Source: Octopus sinensis (taxonomy: Eukaryota). From it: 64,000 bases of DNA. Below, in pieces: positions 25,630 through 38,940 of this stretch (within the stretch, counting starts at the first letter, position 1; the number at the start of each line of letters is the position of its first letter). The translations under genes and the position numbers were made by a program. The notes below the pieces were generated by a model. It did no database searches. It was not told the DNA's origin and saw nothing but the letters and a program-made list of their open reading frames with translations. The stretch spans positions 157,356,001-157,420,000 of the forward strand of contig NC_043000.1 of NCBI RefSeq assembly GCF_006345805.1, read 5' to 3'.

Positions 25630-26503
25630 GCGACGACGTTCTCGGGGAAACTCTAGGCGTTGAAGATGACGAACTGAGCGGTCTGTTTGGAAGGACTTTC
25701 AGGCCGGGGCCGATGGATAATTTCCAGAGGTCGCTCGCCTGGCAGTGCTACCGAGGAGCTCTGCCTGTTCGAGATAAACTCTACCCGCACGGAAGTGCCG
25801 TCAGCCGGGCCTGCCCGAGGTGTTGCCAGGACGACGAGACCGTTCTGCACGCACTCGTCCAGTGCCCGAGTATTGCTGAAATATGGGTTTATGTCGAACA
25901 GCTACTGTCACGTGTAGGACGGATCCGACTATCGGCCGAATCCATAGTGAAAATTGCCCCGCCGACCTCCTTTAACAAGGAGGGCGAGGCCGTTTTCTTG
26001 TGCCTAGTGGCTGTGGCGAAAGAAGTTGTATGGTGGACTCGTTTGAAAGGGCTGAAGTCAGACACTTTCCTCTTTGGTCAAGGCCTCATCAACTTTTTCA
26101 AGTTTCACTTGAAAAGGAAGATGAGGTTAGAGAGGAGAGTGCTGTCCGATAGCAAGTTTTTTGAAAGGTGGGTGAATTGTGCGAGACTGGCCAGTATAAA
26201 TGGACCAGTTCTCAGGTTTCGCCTGTGATTCAAAAAGGTAATATAAAAGGAGAAAAAAGGGACTCTCTACCTCCCTTTTTTGACCAGGCTCCCGTTGGCT
26301 TTTATGGGTTTGTTTCCACCAGGAACCTTTCGTAACGCCTCCCCCTTTTGGGAGTTTTTCGTTGTTATATAATTATTGTTATACAGTTTTTACTCGGATT
26401 TTTTAACAAACGGACAAAACCCTTTGTAACCTTTCGTCCTGTTTTGTCCCTTTATGTTTTCAAATCATGTGTGTCAGCCCTTGTGGCCAATAAAAAGAAT
26501 AAA
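25630..26503 (+). mobile_element. 5'-truncated Tx1/L1-clade LINE (C-terminal zinc-finger region and 3' UTR)
   Basis: ORF 25713-26228 AWQCYRGALPVRDKL..CPRCCQDDETVLHALVQCP is zf-RVT-like (CxxC..H....C). A T-rich UTR with AATAAA runs into (TTA)n. Confidence 0.85.
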
Positions 26504-26519
26504 TTATTATTATTATTAC

Positions 26520-26580
<61 letters not shown>

Positions 26581-26619
26581 GTTATTGATGTTATTGTTAT
26601 TATTACGTTAGTGCATGTT

Positions 26620-27420
26620 AATTTAGTTAGTAGGTATTTTATTTTGGATGTTTGCTCACAAGTCTCCTCAAATCTCAAGAATCTTCCTTAGGATTCTTAG
26701 AGAACATAGGATGTTATTTTTTTGTTGGTCGACGATGCAGATTTCAATTCCAATTCCTCAGTCTTTTAGTTGGTAGCATTTTGAGTTTTGCACCGAGTCC
26801 ACCAATTATTGCAGGAATAATTATTGTCGTGGTTTTTCTCACCCTCCTCAGCTCCTTAGCTAGATCCAGATATTTCTCAAATTTTTAAAACTCTCTTTGG
26901 TATCATAGGGAAATGAACAATTTATGATCTTATTCTGTTTATTTCGTCCTCTATGATTATGTCTGGTTCAGTTGCTTCAATCATATGGTTAGTCTTTATG
27001 GGGAAATCTCACAAGAGCTTGTGATTCTCATTTCCTATTCTAGCCTATTCTGGTTCGTGTACATTTTTCTGTTGTTTTGAAGCCACATTCTCGGCTATCA
27101 TCCTAAATGCACCCTTTTGCCTGCCTACACAGTCATGTCTGAGCTTATGTTTCTTTTGTGCTAGTGTACTGCACTCCCTCAAAAGGTGTTTGATACTTCA
27201 TCCCCTTTTCTACAGATTCTACATTTGCTGTCTGACTGAGTTTTGGCGATCTTTGCCTTTATCAGATATGATCTACGGGCTTGTTTCTCTGGTGCTATAA
27301 TTAATGTTTCTGTCTTTCCTTTCATGTTCCCCTCTGTCAACCAGAGCCAGCAATGTTTACTTCCGATATTCTCGGTTTATTGCATGCCTTGTCCATATCG
27401 TTCCGTTTCTTTCCATTTGT
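26620..27420 (-). mobile_element. Older degraded R4/Dong-clade fragment (zinc-knuckle and endonuclease region)
   Basis: With frameshifts reads WLTEGNMKGKTETLIIA..IKAKIAKTQSDSKCRICRKGDE..KLRHDCVG. Its 3' side abuts the (TTA)n array at ~26504-26605. Confidence 0.8.
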
Positions 27421-27758
27421 TTGTTTTATTATTCTTTTTTTTTCTCATTGAATTCTCCTGTTTCAGTCACTTTTTAGGCACCTCTGTTGTTACTCTGCAC
27501 AACATAAATTTTCAGACCCAGGATCGCAATAAATATTAAGCTAGTGATCTGGCAGAATGGTTAGCACGCAGGATAAAATGCTGAATGACATTTGGTCCAT
27601 CTTTGGGATCTGAGTTCAAATTCTGCCAAGGTCAACTTTGTCTTTCATCCTTTCGGAGTCGAAAAATTAAGTACCAGTTGAGTGCTGGGGGGACGATGTA
27701 ATCGACTACTCTCTCCCCCAAATTTCAGGCCCGGTGCTTATTGTAGAAAAGATTATTA

Positions 27759-27808
<50 letters not shown>

Positions 27809-28915
27809 GTTATTATTCATTTTACTACCCTCTTTATTGTCATCATCGTGAGTCTTAATTAATAATGTTTATAACATTATTATTTTCTTCAACAACAGTT
27901 TTATTTTTACTTTTTTCACTTCTCACTACATTCTAGGCCAATTATCACAATTACTATAGAGTACATTTTGTTGTCTTTGAATTTCATCGCTATTCTACTA
28001 GGCTAGACTCAGCTAGAAATGTATAGACATGAAGCAATCTCCGAGCAGTGAAGCTGAATTTGTACAACGTCTACATCGTCTCAATCACAAATTATCGCCG
28101 ACCGTTGTTTCTTGCTCCAGGCTTGTCTGTCTGGATTGACATATGTACTCTTCTGCTTTATGTGGGTATAAACGTATGTTTGTGTGCGTGTGCATAAGTA
28201 TATATATTATTGGAGGAAGCTGCGAACAGGTTGTTAAGGAATTTGTACGCCTGGTTCCATCTCACGGTTCCATCCCACAGTATAGAATTTTAGTCAAATT
28301 TCTAGGGCCGACTCTAGGCTTGTAAATAAAATAGGATAGAAAGAAAATTTAGAATGCAGTCGGATACACTTATTTTTTTTAAAGCCTGGTAATACAATGA
28401 GTATGCAGCTCAGTTGATCGAACCGCCAGAATATTCATCATCTGAACCGACGGAGCTGCAGTAACTTTACTTTTATTTTACACGTACACATATATATGCA
28501 AATCACTTGTTTTGTCAGGGCTAGAAAAAGGAATGAATACAACGAAAAGAAAAACAATATTTCCTAGAATAAAAAAAGAACGACACAGCGCAAAATTATA
28601 TATAATATAATTACAACAAATCTAAAGTGTTATATAATCTTATTTCGTTTGTTGACAGCTCTCATACACAATATTTTTTCCTGCCAAAAATGAAATAGAT
28701 AGAATTATAGAAATTATGCGAGAAATGTTGTTCAGGTTAAACCAAAAAGCCTGCATTCGTCAAAGTGTCTTTGCTAATATATTGGTTCTTTTGTCAACCC
28801 CAGAAAAGGCATAAAAGAAGTGAACTAATGCTGGAAAAGGATATCGAATATGATGGGTGATAGTAAACTATTTAAAATCACATCGTTCTATTTCTTCTCA
28901 TAGTCTTTATAGGAC

Positions 28916-29237
28916 ACTAGCAGTATCGCCCGGCGTTGCTCAGATTTGTAAGGGAAATAACTATAAAGCATTTTTAGTTAAAAAAGGTCGAGTTGCGTCC
29001 CCTAGACAGTTTGCAGTTTGTGTTTCTGATTCTCGACCCCATGTCGAATTTATCGATTTTTTTCAGAACTGGGGGAACTTTTCAAAATTTTCGCTGCGTT
29101 AGTTTTGAATTATGACATTGGGCTATGTGTGTGTCAAGTTTCATCAGAATCGGTTGAAAGCCGTGGTCAGGGTGAGGGTACAACCTGACAGACACACAGA
29201 CACACAGACAGACAAACTGCCGTTTATATATAGAGAT
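28916..29237 (+). mobile_element. Non-autonomous Helitron/Helentron-like element, copy 1
   Basis: Begins ACTAGcagtatcgcccggcgttgctc, has a (GACA/CACA)n tract near the 3' end and ends tttatatatagagat. Both termini are shared with 40618-41007. Confidence 0.6.
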
Positions 29238-29330
29238 ATATATATAAAAAAAAAGCTGATCGCAAAATACATACTAATTTTTATATCACGCACGCACACT
29301 TCCGCACACATATATGTATGTATGTATAGA

Positions 29331-29562
29331 AGGCGGTGAGCTGGCAGAAACGTTAGCACACCGAGTGAAATGCGTAGCCGTATTTCGTCTGTTGTTACGT
29401 TCCGAGTTCAAATTCCGCCGAGGTCGACTTTGCCTTTCATCCTTTCGGGGTCGATAAATTAAGTACCAGTTACGCACTGGGGTCGATGTAATCGACTTAA
29501 TCCCTTTGTCTATCCTTGTTTGTCCTCTCTGTATTTAGCCCCGTGTGGGTAGTAAAGAAATA
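29331..29562 (+). mobile_element. SINE family C (tail type 1)
   Basis: aggcggtgagctggcagaaacgttagc..gagttcaaattccgccgaggtcgactttgcctttcatcctttcggggtcgataaattaagtacc..agccccgtgtgggtagtaaagaaata. Other copies at ~23714-23914 (+), ~38228-38372 (-), ~35862-35975 (-). Confidence 0.88.
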
Positions 29563-29890
29563 TATATGTATGTATGCACACACACACACACACACATATA
29601 TATATGTATATGTGTGTGTGTGTATGTATACACACACGCACACACACATACACACGTAGATACGTACACATATATGGTATTTTAGAAATGTACTCTGTCA
29701 TTTCTCGGCTCTTCAATGTTTGTTTATGAAAACGTTCTTTCTCTCTCACGCCTACACACACACACACGCACACATACTGGATATGTGTGCATGATTGTTG
29801 TGTATTTAGGTGTGTAAAGGTAAGACTAAAACTTATAGAACTCCCTGCGTAAGGCCATAAGAATTTCATTCATATAGATATCTATATTCT

Positions 29891-30185
29891 GGAGGCGCAA
29901 TGGCTCAGTGGTTATGGCAGCGGAATCGCGGTCGGAGAATCGTGGTTTCGATTCCGGGTGTTGTGTGTGTTTATTGAGCGAAAACACCTAAAGGCTCCAG
30001 CAGGGATTCGTGGCCACCACTTTTGTACTCTTTCGCCCCAACTTTCTCTCACTTTTGCTGTTTCTTGGGTAACGCTGCGATAGACTGGCGTCCTGTCCGG
30101 CTGGGGGGAACACATACGCCACAGAAACAAGGAAACCGGGCCCATGAGCCTGGCTAGGCTTGAAAACGGCGCATACATAAATAAA
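29891..30185 (+). mobile_element. Chimeric SINE (family F 5' part, family B 3' part)
   Basis: First ~170 nt match 12731 (ctgagcgaaaacaccta..tgtactcttt..ctttctctcact). The remainder matches the family B tail (aacgctgcgatagactggcgtcc..gggcccatgagcctggctagg). Confidence 0.8.
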
Positions 30186-30409
30186 AATAAGATATCTATA
30201 TTGGCATGGCCGTATAGTTAAGATGTCCACAGCATAAACACATGATACCAAAATTGATATAACTTCACGGGAAAGCGTTTTAGTGTTTTCTGTCGCAGCT
30301 TTTTAAAGCAGAGTGGAAGCCCCACGAATATGCAGGTATAATTAGGTTGAATAAATACATAAGGCGAATCGTAAAGTCCAAGTTAACTCAAAATGATATA
30401 TTTTACGCA

Positions 30410-30820
30410 GGCGAAGGCGTGGTTGTGTGGTAAGAAGTCTGTTTCCCAACCAAATAGTTCCAGGTTCAATCCCACTACGTGGAACCATGGTCAAGTATGT
30501 CTTCTATAGCTTCTTGCCGACCAAAGCCTTGTGAGTGGATTTCGTAGACGGAAACTGAAAGAAGCCCGCAGCATATATATTTATATGTGTGTGTGTATGT
30601 CTTTGTGTTTGTTTTTATTTTTTTGCCTGTGTTTGTCCACCACCACTGCTTGACAACCGGTGCCCGTGTCTTTACTTACGTCTCCGTAGCATAACGGTTT
30701 CGGCAAAGAGACCGGTAGAATAAGTACCAAGCTTAATAAAACAAAAGTAATGGGGCTCAGTTATTTGACTAAATATTCTTCAGCATGTTCCCAGTTTAAT
30801 GACTGAAACAAGTAAGAGGT
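30410..30820 (+). mobile_element. Diverged SINE family A subfamily copy
   Basis: Same layout (ggttgtgtggtaagaag head, gtgagtggatttcgtagacggaaactgaaagaagccc, gactgaaacaagtaaga tail). Related fragments at ~3530-3680 and ~31180-31260. Confidence 0.75.
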
Positions 30821-31441
30821 AAAAAAAAAAGTAATATTTGCGTCATCTGTTTGACTCAAATGTAGCACTAGTTCTTTGTTATTTTCTGGAAAATGATAAA
30901 AAACATCAAATAACAAACATACACACATATGCGCGCGCGCATTAACATATGTATATATATGTACATTAATATGTGTTTCTGAAAACCAAAATGTATTTTG
31001 ATTAGGTTTACTTGAATATGTAATCCAAGAAATCAAATGGAGGTAAATACATATATATGAATAAGTACACCTACTTTAAAATGAGCAAGTGAATGAAAAA
31101 AAAATGAAATTATGTATATATATATACATAATTATATATGTTTATATATATATATGTATGTGCGTGTATATATGTTTGTATGTCTGTGTTTGTCCCACCC
31201 AACATCGCTTGACAACTATTGGTGGTGTGTTTACATCCCGTAACTTAGCGGTTCGGCAAAAGTGAGTAAAGAGAGTATAGAGATAATCGGAATAAAACAC
31301 TTAAAAGAAAAACCAATGAATATATAGAAGTAACGTGTATTGCCACTTTTACAACCTGTTCCGTAGGAACAGACGTTACTGCTATTACTAAGCCCGGGAG
31401 GACGCCCCCTTCAGCTGGTTATTCGATGCAATCTGCACCCG

Positions 31442-31517
<76 letters not shown>

Positions 31518-31744
31518 CATGTATGTATATATCGCAAACAGGGGAATGAACCCCTCCACCTTCCAGCCGCAAGACAACTAGACTGTACGGTTTCGATCTC
31601 TTTGTGGTCATCCTCGGTGATGGATACTCGTCCGCTAGAGATGACAGTAATATACACTTACTCTTTAAAAGCAACCTCAGCCTTATGATAACGAAATAAC
31701 CATGCACCATCATTTTAAACCACATGGATGTATTAATAGACATA

Positions 31745-31807
<63 letters not shown>

Positions 31808-31994
31808 AATCTATCTGTTTGTCTGTCTGTCGGTCTGTGTAACAATCTATCCATCCACCTATCCACCCACTAGGTTTGTATAGGGAACATATCAGTAAAC
31901 AGACTTCAAGGGATACAACTTCCATATACTTAAGTACATATTTATGCTCCGTGCCTCTTCAGATCACGCTTACAAGAACGAACTCCACTTTAAT

Positions 31995-32249
31995 AAAATA
32001 AATGCGCTCTTTTAAAGCCTAACCAGGCTCATGGGCCCGGTTTCCCGGTTTAAATGGCGTATGTGTTCCCCAGCTAGACGGGACGCCAGTCCATTGCAGC
32101 GTTACTCATTTTTGCCAGCTGAGTGGAGTGAAGCAACGTGAAATTAAGTGTTTTGCTCAAGAGCACAACGTGTCGCCCGGTCCAGGAATCGAAACCACAA
32201 TCTTACGCTCATGGTGCTGACACCCTAACCACTAAGCCACGCGCCTCCA
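31995..32249 (-). mobile_element. SINE family B
   Basis: Reverse complement of 43519-43770 with few differences. Partial copies at ~35482-35640 and ~58622-58770. Confidence 0.88.
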
Positions 32250-33559
32250 CGAACTCCACTTTAGGTATGGGTTTTATCTTGTGCAATATATTTATGGAAA
32301 CAATATATATTCAAGTATATCATTAGCATTGTTAATACGGAAAGGTGGAGGCATAGTAGAGTGGTAAATCTCACTTAGGCTGACTTTGTTTGTATTCCCT
32401 GTGAGTTCTATAAAGCAAGTACTAAGCGAGCACTGCGGTCAATTCATTCTTATGGTCTTCTGATGTTGGCGCATTGCCGAAGTCATAAATTATTATTAAC
32501 ATAAAAAATAATTATTTCTCACAAATATAGGATTCTAGCATAGTTATATTAACGGTTTTGTTGGATTACTGAGTACTTTTCATTTACAATAAACAAATTT
32601 CAAAGCTCTTTTCTCCTCTTTATTACTGCGTGTTGAATGGAACAGGCTCGACAAAGGGAGAAAGAGAGAGAGCGAAAGAGAAAGAGATATAAAGAGAGAA
32701 AGTGAAACGGTGTGAGAGAGAGAGAGAGTGGGGTGAGAGAGAGAGAGAAACGAAATACATCTGATGATATTCATTAAGAAAAGGATAGAAAAAGTAACGT
32801 ATTTTCATCTAATTTCAAAGTAATATGTGTAATTGAACAAGATAATTCAGCTTTCATTTTTGTTACTTCATAAAATGGTTGATAAGCCACTTTATTGTTC
32901 GTTAACAAAGTTATCTCCCTTGAAATATTTTACGGCTCAGAAATATGTATAATCGTCCATTGTTGGATGACAGTTACGTTATGTACGATGAAATATTATT
33001 TCACTACAGGCCAACGTTAACAATTAATTTCTGTCGTCCCTTGGCAAATTAAGTAGCCATTCAAATCAATATGTCATATCTCTTTACATCCTATTAATGG
33101 AAGCAATTTTCAGTATTCAGTTACTTGTATAGTATTGATGTATCATGCATGCCAAGTACTATAGAATTATTTGAATCCAAATGGGGCCTATAGTTGGAAT
33201 CTAGAGAGCCGTGTCCGTTGGAAATATGAGTAAAGAACAACTCAACACAGAGTAGAATTCAATGACTAAAATTCCCCCATTCTAAATTATTCTCTCTGAC
33301 GTGATTGATAACACTCTGGGCTGGATTGTGATCAAAGCTCGTTGAAATTACTGAATATACAATTTAATCTACATATTGATATCTTCAAACGTGGATAAAT
33401 TCTAATAACAATCCACAACTGTAAATCAATAAATAATGAGAAAACAGAAAAATAATCCGACGCGTAACATATACATAAAGTACATGGCATATCGACTTTT
33501 ATGTATCGCGTGGACGCTCGCTTTTTTCTATCTTTCTCTTTCCTTCTAAATTTTTCTGA

Positions 33560-33621
<62 letters not shown>

Positions 33622-34319
33622 ACAAACACACACACACACACACACACACAGAGACAGACACACACACTGACACACAGACACACATACACACACACACTCA
33701 CTTACTCCAACATGCATTTATATGTTACAATCGCATTTCTGAGATAAATAACCTGATTGAATATGCTGATCCCAAAGAGAGATCCAATGGCCCAATAAGT
33801 CATTTACTTGCGTACACCCCCCCCATTACATTCACATACAAACATAGAAATGACCTATACTCTCCTTCTAAACGTGTTCGATACACACCCTCGCATACGC
33901 AATTTTAAAATTGAAGATCAGTGCTTACAACGCACTGAGGCAATCAAACACTGCTTGTACCAATTTGGACGCATCACAACAAATAATGCAAACTCCACAA
34001 GCAGGCGAAATATTTCTCCTTTCGTAGCATATTTGTTAGCACAGCCTACGATATCGTTCACACTTCCCAAATTGCAAACTCATATTCTGTCTGACTTGTT
34101 GCTTTCTTAACTTTACAGAATCCACCTACAACGCACCCTGCAACGAACAAGGCTGTGAAGAAGATCTCTGTAGATAAAATCGCCGCATTTGTTGTTCATT
34201 CTATTTCACATTACCCTATAAATCGTCTTGAATTGTTTTCTTCCTTACTCAATTTCTTTCGTCCCTATGTCTATACAGTCGCCTGGTACGTAAACTTCTC
34301 CAGTACCATTTTTAATCTA

Positions 34320-34885
34320 TTGGGTTGTCCGGAAAGTTCATTCCGATTTTTAAAGGAAAGAAAAAGGTTAATAAATACTTGCCATTAAATTTTTAATCAA
34401 CCAAATATGAACCAATTTGTTGCACAATGCGTCCCCCTCTTTCCTTTACCTTGAAAATGCCCTCTTCCAAGAATTGAGGTGGTTTCATGGCAAAGAATTC
34501 ATCAAGGTATCTTTTTACGTCATCCAAGGAATTGAAATGTTTACTATTAAGACTATTCTGCAGAGACCTGAATAAGTAGAAATCCGAAGGTGCAACATCT
34601 GGTGAATATGGAGGGTGGGGTAGCACATCCCAGCCAAGCTGCAGCAACTTTTGTCTGGTTCCTAAAGCATCAAGTGCCGAAAATGAACTTTCTTATCTTC
34701 CATTTTAAAGGGTTACAGAATTAACACAGGTCATAGGAACATAAACCTTCTTCCACGAAAAGATAGCTTAAAATGTGCTCTAAATGGAGGTGTAGTCGAA
34801 TCCTATTTTATGGACTCAACCATGTTCTAAAATAAGTCGAAATCTAAGCTACTATAAATCGGCACAAACTTTCCGGACAACCCAA
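34320..34885 (-). mobile_element. Internally deleted mariner transposon (566 bp)
   Basis: TIRs ttgggttgtccggaaagtt (19 bp perfect, ~30 bp imperfect) and TA on both flanks (34318-34319, 34886-34887). Transposase C-terminus LGWDVLPHPPYSPDVAPSDFYLFRSLQN (34393-34647). Confidence 0.93.
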
Positions 34886-36429
34886 TATTAAGGCAAACGG
34901 TTCTCACAGTCTTTCCTTCATCACCATGAATTAGTAAAACTCGCGCCAGCAAATACCCTCTCTAGATTCTTCAATTTTTTTCTAGAAAAATAAAATCTAA
35001 ACAGTGTGTTTAACTATATTCTTATTCCACCGGAAGCTCTCTTCTCTGTCACCACCATTTAGCAACTGTATTTTAAGGTGTTGTTGAAACTGGCGATTAC
35101 AGCTATATTTCTACTTCATCACTTTTCCTCTCCGTATAGACATAAGAAACATTATAGGTGCGATCATTCTCTGTATACATGTACCGCAATAGGAATTATC
35201 TGTGAGCAGCAGAAAGAACTCAGTACAAAAGAGCGAAGTACATGATTTATAATCACTAGGTCTGGAAAATTGTAACGCAGTGTTTATACATAAACGGTCA
35301 CTTAGATGACCACATCTGTGTGATTTCCTTATCTGTTGATCTTGTGGTTCATAGCAGATAATTCTAACGGAGTAATTATACAAGAATTTTCTGAAACAGC
35401 GAATAACGACATTAAAGTACCAGAGGCCATATAATCATACCTGTTCGCTTAGGGGTTCTACCCGTCTCTCATATACTACTGTGGAGGCGCGTACCTTCGA
35501 GGTTAGGGTGTTGGACTAATTATCGTAAGATTGTGGTTCCCATTCCTAGACCAGGCGACGCGTTGTGTTCTTGAGCAAAAAAAAAACAACTTTATATCAC
35601 GTTGTTCCAGTCCACTCATCTGGTAAAAATGAGTAGGCCTGCATCCCGCCATAGAAACCGCAAAAATCGGTCCTTGTGAGTCTGCATGACTCGTTAAGGT
35701 AACTTGACTTTTCACTTACTCATATCCTTTTGTCACTTTAACAGTTCAAACTAATTACCACCTGTCAGGTCTCCTGGACATTTCAGTAGATGTGCGTCAT
35801 CCACAATCAATGTAGGCAGCTCACCTTCATCCTTATAGATATTCTTTTCTACTCGAGGTACAAGGCTCGAATTTTTTGGGGAGGAGGCCAGTCAATTAGA
35901 TCGACCCCGGTACGCAACTGGTACTTAATTTATCAACCCCAAAAGGATGAAAGGCAAAGCCAACCCCAGCGGAATTCATCTTTATAAATATTAAAGAAAC
36001 AATGTGTTATGAGCTGCACAACCTTCCATACGCACGAAAACCAAGCAGTTAAAACTTCTGTCATCAAATGAGCCAATGACATAAACTCATCGATCACCTC
36101 TGATACTTCAAACACAACTATTATATCTTTTATCTTTTATCTTTTTCCGGATTCCGGTCATTGCACTGCAGCCATGCTGGGACACCGCCTTAAAGTGTTA
36201 TACGTCGAATAAATCCATTTCTTTAAAACTTGGTACTCGTTCTATCGGATTCGTTGTCCGAACTGCTATGACACGGAGACGTAAACAAACCAACACCAGT
36301 TGTCAATTGGCGGTGGGGACAAACACAATAAACAAAGACATTTGCGCGCGCGCACACACACACATCAAACAAGTCTTTTTCAGTTTCCGTCGACCTAATC
36401 TTCTCACTGTGTTTTAGTTGGTCCGGGCT

Positions 36430-36669
36430 ATACTCTTTTACTTGTTTCAGTCATTTGACTGTGGCCGTGCTGGATCACCTCCCTTAGTCGAGCAAATCGA
36501 CTCCAGACTTATTCTTTGTAAGTCTAGTAATTATTGTATCGGTCTCTCTTGCCGAACGGCTAAGTTACGGGGACGTAAACACATCAACATCGGCTGTCAA
36601 GTGATGTTGGGGGGAGGGGACAAACACAGCCACACAAACATATACACACACATACATACATATATATAT

Positions 36670-36706
<37 letters not shown>

Positions 36707-36869
36707 CACGGGTTTCTTTCAATTTCCGTCTACCAAATCCACTCACAATGCATTAGTCGGCCTGAGGCTATAGTAGAAGATACTTGCCCAAGGTGCCACG
36801 CAGTGGCACTGAATCCGGAACTATGTGGCTGGTAAGCAAGCTACTTACCACACAGCCACTCCTACGCCT
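36430..36869 (-). mobile_element. SINE family A, full length
   Basis: Near-identical to 5876-6287. An older family A fragment lies at ~36125-36400 and an extra head at ~36885-36955. Confidence 0.88.
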
Positions 36870-37604
36870 AACTTTTGTTCAATATGCACGCGGTGGTACT
36901 GAACCCGGAAACATGCGGTTGGGAAGAAAACTTCTTATCGCACACAACCCCGCTCGTATCACTAGTTTTCAACTATGTCTGACAACATTCAAATTGATCT
37001 CTGATCTATTTATATCCTTAGCTCGCTCACTATCTCAAAGTTATTCTGTTCCATCAATGAACTAAACTCAACAATTACCCTCTTGAATACCAAAACCGTC
37101 TCTGCTCTATCAATCAATACGCCTGAATAATCTCCATGATAACTGGTTATGTCGTAATCGTTCTGTATGTGAGTTTTTTTTTCATAACCTGGTTTCGCCT
37201 GCTCTACCGCAATTCTCATAATTTATCTCTGCTTTTCAATTCAGCAATAAACTCGTATGCCCAGACGTCTTTCATTCTAGCTATCGATTTAAAAAGTCAC
37301 AAGAAATGAATGTATGAATGTATGAATAAAGGGATAGTTCTTTCATATTAAAGTTTCATCTACGATTCCATAGCACATAAATGTCACCCATATGGTACGT
37401 TATAAAGCTTTCAAAGACGATTACCAGTGGAATGAGCAACGCTGATGATAACAATATAGATTAAATGACCGATGCTATTATACATAATAAGGCAATAATC
37501 CTATTATTTAAAACAACATCGACGGCAACAATGGTGGCAAGTAAAATTTAAATAACATTAGTATCATACTCCCCGAGGTCATAATGGTGTTCATGATGAT
37601 GATT

Positions 37605-37658
<54 letters not shown>

Positions 37659-37659
37659 T

Positions 37660-37880
37660 AATCCTTTCTACTATAGGGACAAGGCCTGAAATTTTTGGGG
37701 AATGGGCCAGTCGATAAGATTGACCCCAGTATGCAACTGGTACTTAATTTATAGACCCTCCGAAAGGATGAAAGGCAAAGTCGACCTCGGTGGAATTTGA
37801 ACTCAGAACGTAACGGCAGACGAAATGGCGCTAAGCACTTTGCCCGGTGTGTTAACGATTCTACCAGGTCGCCGTCTGAA
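37660..37880 (-). mobile_element. SINE family C (tail type 2) between (TAA)n and (TGA)n arrays
   Basis: Family C head and core with tail aaatttcaggccttgtccctatagtagaaaggatt(att)n. The same tail occurs at ~24040-24080 and ~27715-27755. Confidence 0.82.
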
Positions 37881-37904
37881 ATAATGATGATGATGATGAT
37901 GATA

Positions 37905-37957
<53 letters not shown>

Positions 37958-37963
37958 AATAAT

Positions 37964-38009
<46 letters not shown>

Positions 38010-38384
38010 GGGAACATTTTCAGTTGGATGGGCTACTCGACTGCAAGGTCATGTGCTGTTTATCTTGACATGAGATCACCATGTTACATACACATGGTTG
38101 TAATGCCTATGTCTGGTGCAGCCTTATCAGACGGGTAGTCGTGATGGGTATACTGGGCTTCGTATATTTATACTCTAGCGTCACTTAGATGGCATGTGTT
38201 GCGATCTCTCTCAGTAAAAATGATTTTTTATTTCTTTTACTGCCCACAAGGGGCTAAACATAGAAGGGACAAACAAGGACAGACAAACGGATTAAGTCGA
38301 TTATATCGACCCCAGTGCGTAAATGGTACTTAATTTATCGACCCCGAAAGGATGAAAGGCAAAGTCGACCTCTAATAATAATAA

Positions 38385-38940
38385 CACACGACAGGACCAT
38401 GTACGCGTAACGACGAAAGATGCAAATGCACAAGTATCAAAGCTGCTAAACTGAAAAGCTGCAGGACCAGAAAGAATTCAAGGTTACTGGCTCAAGTGGT
38501 TTAGGTCAACATACGAGCGAATTGCGTTGTTATTATACAATTACTTACAGAGTGGTACAGTTCCGGAATGTATTGTAGAGGGAAAGACAACATTGTTGAC
38601 GAAAGATCGGTCAAAGGGCAATTAGGTTGGCAATTACCGACCTATTGATTGTCTATATGTTCCTTGCAGAAAACAATCTACCTCCAGTAGAACAAAATGG
38701 ATGCCGAAAAGGACCTAAGGGCACCAAAGAAGAACTGCAAACGGTACAAAAAAAAACCCCCCAAAAAACTCGTGCATGGTTTGGATAGGCTTTACAAAGG
38801 CTTTCGACATGTGCATTCGTGGATTCTGGAAACACTGTGTGAAATACCCGACGACGGGTGAGCACTGATTAAGAATAGCGTACCTAGTTGGAAAACATCT
38901 TTTCTGTAACAACCAGCACTTAGCCAAGGTAACAATAAAA
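38385..38940 (+). mobile_element. Degraded R4/Dong-type reverse transcriptase fragment
   Basis: Reads KAAGPERIQGYWLKWF..GTVPECIVEGKTTLLTKD..GNYRPIDCL..EQNGCRKG.KGTKEEL..MVWIGFTKAFD..HSWILETL with frameshifts. Preceded by taataataataa. Confidence 0.8.
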
